Part shown: positions 22,379 through 29,948 of the stretch, in pieces | How the letters are laid out: every line of letters starts with the position of its first letter | Numbering within the stretch: the first letter of the stretch is position 1 | DNA from: Octopus sinensis | Taxonomy: Eukaryota | Assembly: GCF_006345805.1 (NCBI RefSeq) | Contig: NW_021832916.1 | Location: 1-29,948, forward strand | Direction of reading: 5' to 3' | Length of the DNA: 29,948 nucleotides | The notes under the pieces: generated by a model | Told to the model about the DNA's origin: nothing | Databases searched by the model: none | Seen by the model: the letters and a program-made list of their open reading frames with translations, nothing else | Program-made: the position numbers and the translations under genes

Positions 22379-22795
22379 CGGCTGGCTAATTTTTGCCTGT
22401 TGTTCACCCCCTAATATTGTCTGGGCCCCCTTGGGGTGCGACGGTCACCTAGAGCGTGACTATCCAGCCGGGGCCGATCCGTTTGCTTGCGGTCCGAGCA
22501 CCTCCTACGACTTTCGGGTGGGACCACGTCGCTGTTTTTACCCGGTACGTGGACGATACCGCGCGCTTAGTTTCGTGCTTTCGATTTCACGCACCGTGTG
22601 GCGGCGGAGACGCGGGCGACCGGCGTGCGACGGTCACTAGAGCGTGACTATCCAGCGTGGGCCGATCCGCAAGCTTACGGGTCTGATTTTTTTTCATTAC
22701 GGGTCAGTCCACGTATGTGTATTTTCCCGGTGCATATCGTAAGGTGAAGGATGAATTTACCGGATGTTTACGTTTTGATATACGACAACGCGGCG
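22379..22795. other. CpG-rich island containing two diverged ~189-bp units, origin unknown
   Basis: GTGCGACGGTCAC(C)TAGAGCGTGACTATCCAGC..GGGCCGATCCG at 22436 and 22625. Similarity continues through CGGGT....CCACGT...TGT.TTT.CCCGGT. Confidence 0.7.
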
Positions 22796-23378
22796 TATAC
22801 ACATATATACATATATACGACGGGCTTCTTTCAGTTTCCGTTATTTTATTTTACTTGTTTCAGTCATTTGACAGTGGCCATGCTGTAGCACCGCCTTTAG
22901 TCGAGCAAATCAACCCCGGGACTTATTCTTCGTTAGCCCAGTACTTATTCTATCGGTCTCTTTTGTCGACCCGCTAATTGACGGGGACGTAAACACACCA
23001 GCATCTGTTGTCAAGGAATGCTAGGGGGACAAACACAGACACACACACGCACATACACATATATATACATATATACGACGGGCTTCTTTCAGTTTCCGTT
23101 ATTTTATTTTACTTGTTTCAGTCATTTGACAGTGGCCATGCTGGAGCACCGCCTTTAGTCGAGCAAATCGATCAGGCCGTCAAGAAGGCTATCCATATGC
23201 TAGAAATGGCAGCCAAAGCTAACGAAAGTTCGATAAAATAAGTCTCTCTCTCTCTATCTATCTCTCTCTCTCTCTCTATCTATCTCTCTCTCTCTCTCTC
23301 TTCTTCATCATCATCATGATATATATGAATATATATGTCTGAGTCGCTTTTCTTTGACGAAAATCTGAGCTGCCTCTG
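22796..23378 (-). mobile_element. Tandem headless SINE-A pieces plus composite module copy 3
   Basis: Near-identical to parts of 21955-22378 and 20938-21332. Confidence 0.85.
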
Positions 23379-23391
23379 TTTTATAATTTAG

Positions 23392-23545
23392 AGTTGAGGA
23401 ATTATGTATGATATTTGAATTGGACGGGTAGATGTCTACACTTTATTGTTGAGAGGACATCTGAAGAAGGCTGGAGAATTCCTCAGCCGAAACGTTGTAG
23501 TAACAACTAACAAGATGAGGACACCTGTCCGTCGATTGTAATTAT
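23392..23545 (+). mobile_element. Penelope-like element terminal-repeat remnant, partly inverted
   Basis: Contains a minimal hammerhead motif. 23421-23450 is an imperfect inverted copy of 23502-23535. Confidence 0.65.
23457..23500 (+). ncRNA. Minimal hammerhead ribozyme motif (Penelope type, probably decayed)
   Basis: CTGAAGA (23461-23467)-A-GGCTG/CAGCC stem II-GAAA-CGTT with palindromic AACGTT. Stem I is imperfect. Confidence 0.6.
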
Positions 23546-23550
23546 TCTTA

Positions 23551-23752
23551 TCTACTCTAGTCACAAAGCCCGAAATTTTGGGGTAGGGCCCAATTGATTA
23601 GATCGACCCCACTATGCAACGGGTACTTAATGTTTCAAACCCGAAAGGATGAAAGGTAAAGTCGAAATCGGCGGAATTTTGAACTCATAACGTAAAAACA
23701 GAACGCTAAGCATTTTGCCCTGCGTGCAAACGTTTCTGCCAACTCGGCGCCT
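23551..23752 (-). mobile_element. SINE family B, full-length diverged copy with probable TSD
   Basis: Head AGGCGCCGAGTTGGCAGAAACG..GAGTTCAAAATTCCGCCG. Flanked by GTCGATTGTAATTA / GTCAATTGTAAATA. Confidence 0.85.
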
Positions 23753-24650
23753 TGTCAATTGTAAATATTGCAATAATTTGACATGTCAAACTGAAGGAAA
23801 TTCGTGTGTTTATGGTGGAAAGAGGGAAACCAAAAATAACGTCTCATGTGCAATTCCATAGCGGGAGCTCAACGTTATTCCTGACACGGTGTATAATACG
23901 GTCAATAATGCATTAACTAACTCGACCCAAATCGGATTTTCTGAGGCAAATGAGTCGGACGGAAAGCCTAGAATAGAACTTATAACCTCCCTCTCAAACC
24001 CTTATCTGATATCGAACCGCTTAAGTCCATCCTTTTTTCACTAATTTAACTTGGACATAAACTAATCCACTTTCTACCACTCTCACCTTTAATACCCTCA
24101 GTGGTCTTATGATCTTGAAATCTATTTTCTCCATACTGCAAATATTCTCTGTCTAAACATCCCTAACTCCCCTTCCTATTAAATATAGCCCTCTATAAAA
24201 TCAATCAGTCTTTAACCAATATCATGACAACATTTTAAATGCAAAACCTTTAATATAAATTTCTTCCCCCGGAGAGGTGATGTTATCCAACAATGGTCCC
24301 TGATATCTGTCATATATCAGGACCACACAAGATCCCTGAAACGGCCGTAGAACATTTAAACTCTACCTATACTATTTGTGATACTGTTTATCTGAAAATT
24401 GGACTATTTCTTCTTAATATCCACACGTTTTACCTTTTTAATTTCCATTCAATGTATCTTCATATGTAAATGTAGATAAATATCTAGCTTGCTTGTCGTT
24501 TCTTTACGTATCTAAAGTCTCATGTTCTAATCTCTTCAGCACTTCGAAGTGTTTCTATATACAGTGAACACCTGTATCTAAAACAGAAAATAAAATATAT
24601 ATATGAATATGTATATATATACATATAAACACATATACATACGCACGTCG

Positions 24651-24682
<32 letters not shown>

Positions 24683-24709
24683 TATATTACATGTATTTAT
24701 TTATATTAA

Positions 24710-25040
24710 GGGCATTACTATATAGAAATGCCTCGCGCTAAGAGGGACTCTTGAAGTCAAAACTACTATAATAACCACATTGTATCAAACGCAAGGATAC
24801 AAGAGTTCGTCTGGTACGTTGATTTTTGTTAAATTTTATGTCTTGACAAAGGCTGCGCTGATGAGTGAAAAGTGCATTTTGTGCACTAATTACGGAATCA
24901 TATGATGTTCAGCTACGTCTGTTTCTGGAGGCTCGTTTTGAGAGTTGCATTCCCTCGCGTTTTGTACAATGTGGGCATTATAGTAGTTTATACTTCAAGA
25001 GACCCTCCTAGCGTGAGGCATTTATGTATAAGTAATGCCC
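24710..25040. mobile_element. 331-bp MITE with ~90-bp TIRs and TTAA TSD (Kolobok-like)
   Basis: TTAA|GGGCATTACT...AGTAATGCCC|TTAA. The arms match through AAATGCCTC.CGCTA.GAGGG.CTCTTGAAGT..AAACTACTATAAT..CCACATTGTA. RR termini with a TTAA TSD fit Kolobok rather than piggyBac (CCY termini). Confidence 0.85.
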
Positions 25041-25544
25041 TTAATATACGTAAATATATTCATAGGGAATAATTAATAAGTTATCCCTTCTGAGGTTTTT
25101 CACGATAACTACTTGATAAATCCTCGTAAAAATTTTATCCTATATTTCAATTATATATATTTATTAGTAGCCCCAAACTTACTTTGTTATATATATACAC
25201 ACACACACACACACACTTATGTATATATATATATATATATATATTACATATATGTATATTTCTATGTATATGTGAGCGTGTGTATGTATATGTGTATGTG
25301 TTTCAGTTTATCCACTAGGACCGCTTGGGAACAGGTTCCGGTTTTTTATGTCCCAGTAATTTGGCCGATCGGTATCGGTAACTTGTTAAATTCCTTACAA
25401 CCACTTGAAACTTTTCACATTTTTACCACATCATTTTCAAAGCATTTACGTCTGATGTAGAATTGCCTGCCGCTGACGATAATTGCATTCATGTTTTTCT
25501 TTTTTCTGGTAAGTAATAAAAAAAAAATCAAAAGTATAAAGTTG

Positions 25545-25690
25545 CGTAACTGTAGGCAAATCAGCGGAAAGGATCGCGAGAATACGCAGCAGGCTTAACA
25601 ACAAATACTGGGGCCGATTTGTGCGACTAAAACACTTTAAGGCAGTGCCCCAGCATAGGCGCAGCCCAATGGATGACAAACGTAAGGAAT
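25545..25690 (+). mobile_element. Old, diverged 3' half of a SINE-A-related element
   Basis: TACTGGGGCCGATTTGTGCGACTAAA...AAGGCAGTGCCCCAGCATAGGCGCAG aligns with the family A 3' region. Confidence 0.65.
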
Positions 25691-25821
25691 TGTTTACAGC
25701 TATGGTTTAAATTCTACGCCATAAATTAGAATTGTCGGATCTCATCGAAGACAGCGAACGGGAATTGAAGCTCTATGGTTTGTGTTCCTGAAATTTTAAA
25801 GGATGCAACAATAGAAAATGA

Positions 25822-25860
25822 TCTATCTATCGATCAATCAATCGATCTTTTATCTATATC

Positions 25861-25916
<56 letters not shown>

Positions 25917-25947
25917 CCTATATATCTACATATCTATCTATCTATCT
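25822..25947. repeat. (TCTA)n microsatellite, left part
   Basis: Directly visible. Confidence 0.95.
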
Positions 25948-27164
25948 GGAACGAGATAACGAGTAGGGTGGTCACTCTCGCCCAGCAATGGGCCGAGAGG
26001 AAAGTGTCCCTAAAAGGTCGGGCGGAGGTGGCGAAAGCCTACATCGCGTCCATCATCTACTACCGCCTGACCGTCGTACCTTGTCCCGACCCTACCATCA
26101 CCAAACTAGAACGCATCCTCTTCCGCTTCTTGTGGAAAGGATGCGTCCCGATGGTCAGGCGATCCATTTGCTGCCAACACCCGTTAAAAGAAGGGCTGGG
26201 CATGCCGTGGTTGATGATGCGCAGACACGCGCTGAGACTGCGACATCTCCGGCTCTATGTAGACGACGGTGAACAGGTGTGGTCACCGTTTGTGAGGCAC
26301 GCATTCCCGCAACTCGTCTCCATGACCGAACAACAGTCGTGGGGCAAAAGGAGGCCGAGGAAGGGCGAATGGCACCGCGAGTGTCGCGTTGCTCTCAAGC
26401 AACTCTGCCGTCCCAGGTCGACCTTGAGTGACTTCAACACAACCAAAGAATTCTATAGGGGATTAGTGGAGGGGAGGTACGACGACGATCTCGTGGCAAA
26501 CCTGGGCGTCGACGAGGAATACCTGACCCGCCTGTTTCAAACGACTTTCGGCCCGGAAGAGCTATTTTTATCATCCTTGTGGCTATGGCGAAAGAATGTA
26601 TCTGGTGGACGCGCCCGAAAGGATTGGAGACAAACACTTTCCTCTCTGGTCAATCTCTCATCAACTTCTTCAAGTATCACATGAAGAGGAAAGTGAGAGT
26701 AGAGAGGCAAATTTTGTCTAGCGAATGTTTTAAAAAAAGATGGGTGAATGTAGCAAGATGGCACGTATGATTGACGAAGCCACCTTGACTATGATTCTAT
26801 GAACCGTAAAAATTAATACAGAGTGTTGCTTATTTGCAAAAAAAAAATAAAAGAAAGAAATATAACATGTGACTTCATTGACCGAGGTTACCATGGTCTT
26901 TTCCGTAGGCTTTTCTTTACACTTCATATTGACATTTCTGTGATTACGATCCCTATTGATCAACTTTTTTTCCTCCCCCCTTTAATTTTATTTTTTTCCC
27001 TCTCCCCCCTTTTTTAAAAAAATCCTCCCCTTTTTTTGTCCTCTTTCTTTCCTTTTACGATCCCTTTTGATCGAAACCCAACACCCTTTTTTTTACCCCC
27101 AAAAGAAAAGCTCTACCCTGTAATTTGTTCTATCTGTGTGCAGCCCTGTGTGGCTAATAAAGAA
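25948..27164 (+). mobile_element. 5'-truncated, internally deleted Tx1/L1-clade LINE with 20-bp TSD
   Basis: ORF2 motifs W..RKVSLKGRAEVAKAYIASIIYY...P...LERILFRFLWKG...VRR......EGLGMP, then a frameshifted AMAKECIWWTR C-terminus, a pyrimidine-rich 3' UTR and end AATAAAGAA. Flanked by ACATATCTATCTATCTATCT at 25928-25947 and 27165-27184. Confidence 0.9.
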
Positions 27165-27351
27165 ACATATCTATCTATCTATCTTTCTATGTCCATCTAT
27201 CTCTATCTATCCATCTATCTATCTATCTATGTATCTATTTATCTATCTATCTATCAATCTGTCTATCTATCTATGTCTATATATCTCTATCTATCTATCT
27301 ATCTATCTATCACTGTCTATCAATGACTATCTATCTCTATCTTTCCATCTT

Positions 27352-27405
<54 letters not shown>

Positions 27406-27500
27406 AATCTATCTATCAAACTATCATGTGTCTGTCTAGCTATCTCTCTATCAATCAATGTCTGTATCTTTATCTTTCTATCTCTCTATCTATTACGTCT
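27165..27500. repeat. (TCTA)n microsatellite, right part
   Basis: Directly visible; degenerate distally. Confidence 0.95.
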
Positions 27501-28122
27501 CTCCATATATCGATATACATATATATATACATACACACATATATACATTCATTTACATTTACTTATTTTCACACACACAAACACGCACGCAGACACACAC
27601 TTTCACACACACATATACATAATATAAAGGGAGAGGAAAATCAAATCATGGAACGCAACTTACAAGCATTGTACTACAATCCAGGCTCTGGTAAACCACA
27701 TCGAATGGTCCGGTAAAACGGGAAAATCTTTATGGTAAACAATCATTGTCTTTCACTTAGTTCCAAAATTCCGAGTTCACTATTTCGGGTTTTATCCTGT
27801 GTAAAAGACATTGAAATAAGAATTAAATGTTACACATGAAGTAACTTACTTTTTAGCATATTTTATATACAATGCAATTTAGTTATTTTAAACCTGTGAA
27901 CGACACGCCTTTCTGCTGCATGTATATCATAAGCATTAGCATCAGGTTACATCCTGCTGGTTGAAAACTGTACCACCAGTATGCAGTAATTATAACTTTA
28001 GACTCAGATACTGATACCGGTGGAATGTAAAATATTAATATTATCATTTGATATTATCATTAGTATTCACTTCAGTTTTATATTAAAGAAACTTATTGGC
28101 ATGGTTATGTATCTCATTGCAT

Positions 28123-28131
28123 CACACACAA

Positions 28132-28162
<31 letters not shown>

Positions 28163-28217
28163 CACAGACACACACACACAGACACACACACACACACGCA
28201 CACAGACACACACACAG
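28123..28217. repeat. (CA)n microsatellite
   Basis: Directly visible. Confidence 0.95.
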
Positions 28218-28430
28218 ATACTGGAAGACAATTAGTTTTTTTTCCAATTTCCTTTTTTATCTTTCACTTTTTGCAGAAGGCATCAAGAATACTGGAGACT
28301 TTCTCAGATACAAATACGTTAAACAGTTTAGAGGCCCCTGCATGTCTTCCTCTCCCTCTTCCCCTCACTCCTATGAAAATAGGACATCAAACTATTGAAT
28401 GTTTGGGTACAGATGAGCTCTCTCTCTCTC

Positions 28431-28838
28431 TTTTTTACTCTTTTACTTGTTTCAGTGATTTGAATGTGGCCGTGCTGGAGCACCGCCTTTTGTCGAGTAA
28501 ATCGACCCAAGGACTTATTCATGTAAGCCTAGTACTTCTTCTATCGGTCTCTTTTGCCGAACCGCTAACTTACAGGGACATAAACACACCAGCATCGGTT
28601 GTCAAGCGATGTTGGGGGAAGCGGGACAAACACTGACACACAAACACACACATAGAAATATATATATGCATATATACAACGGGCTTCTTTCAGTTTCCGT
28701 CTACTAAATCCACTCACAAGTCTTTAGTCGGCCGAGGCTATAGTAGAAGACGCTCGCCCAGAGTGCCACGCAGTGGGACTGAACCCGGAACAATGTGGTT
28801 GGTAAGCAAGCTACTTACCACACAGCCACTCCCGCGCC
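28431..28838 (-). mobile_element. SINE family A, full length
   Basis: A/B boxes, body and tail. Confidence 0.92.
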
Positions 28839-28915
28839 TATAGAAGTTTGGAATATAATTGTGTCAATTATTATAATCGTTATATATCTCAGTGCATAAC
28901 ACACACACAGGCAGA

Positions 28916-28955
<40 letters not shown>

Positions 28956-29607
28956 CAGACCAGGACATATACAATTGAAGACCCTTCGCACCACAAAATC
29001 CTCGCCTGTCATCCTTCTTTCGTATAAAATATTGCTACTTTGATAACGAAAATCCTTTTCCCATAACTTTAAAGCTGCTAAAACCTTTAATTCCTCTTCA
29101 GAATTGTTATAATTTCTCTATCATATACTTTATTTCACAAACGTAATTTTCAGAAACGAACTATTGTTAAATGAATTTGTATCGTTTGCTTCCATGTCAA
29201 TCATTATATATACCATTTAAATTATTATCGTTATTGATAACTTGATTTTCTGAAGTGACACTAACGTTAAATGAATCTATCGTCTGCTCAGAGGAAATAT
29301 TTGGCTGCTATTTCTAGCACATCCAGCTTAAGCTTCAGAGATTCTTCAGGAAGAGAATGGTGGATGACAATGTGAACACTGGAGGGTCTAACAAAGAATT
29401 TAGAAATGTACTTCATTTTAATGTTGGCTTTTGACATTGTATTTGGGAAGAGATCGATGATCAATAGTTATCGAGCAAAAGTGAGATGATTCTAACAGAT
29501 GAAAAATCTATCGTCTGATCGTATAACAATATTTTAATCATTTCCGCTTAATGTCGCTTTTAAACGATTTTATGTTCCATAGCTACTAAATTTCTTTGAC
29601 GTATATA

Positions 29608-29608
<1 letters not shown>

Positions 29609-29693
<85 letters not shown>
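29609..29693. repeat. Perfect (TA)n microsatellite, about 42 units
   Basis: Directly visible. Confidence 0.97.
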
Positions 29694-29697
<4 letters not shown>

Positions 29698-29948
29698 CTC
29701 TATAACACGCACGATCAAACACACAGACACAAATTTCACACCTTACTACTAAGTATATTTCACGTTTGTCTACCTCACACACACAATACACATACACACA
29801 CAGACACAAATGCAGTTATATACACACTCATACACATACACAATCACTCGCAATCATTAACACAAGCACACACCCGCACATCATCATACATACAGCATAC
29901 ATATTGTCCCCTACCTATTTTTACTACTCCCTCCTTCTACCCATTTTT

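Noticed and set aside
23900-24370. Possible decayed LINE, and hairpin GGTCCCTGATAT..ATATCAGGACC
   Set aside because: No translatable motif was found, and an isolated hairpin is insufficient evidence.
24858-24880. CTGATGA-GT-GAAA as a hammerhead
   Set aside because: Only 2 nt between the core boxes, so there is no stem II. It lies in a MITE interior.
25818-26684. 288-aa host gene
   Set aside because: The N-terminus is translated (TCTA)n and the remainder is a truncated LINE ORF2.

Overview
Repeat-dense eukaryotic genomic DNA with no intact host protein-coding gene. Almost all ORF-track entries are read-through of microsatellites or SINEs. From memory, the SINE families resemble octopus (coleoid cephalopod) tRNA-derived SINEs; this is recognition, not a database result. 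The window holds: (1) a higher-order repeat of two arrays of a ~184-185 bp SINE-derived satellite (8 and 14 units), each followed by a ~675 bp spacer carrying a Helentron/HINE-like element; (2) many copies of three SINE families; (3) two CR1 3' ends; (4) a 5'-truncated Tx1/L1-clade LINE inserted in a (TCTA)n tract with a 20-bp TSD, whose 3' end matches the tail of the satellite SINE; (5) a non-autonomous Helitron, two mariner MITEs and two long-TIR MITEs; (6) a Penelope-like remnant with a minimal hammerhead motif; (7) a large unclassified purine-rich composite repeat; (8) a few unique CpG-containing islands, one with a dense CATCTG E-box cluster and one made of a CpG-rich ~189-bp diverged dimer.
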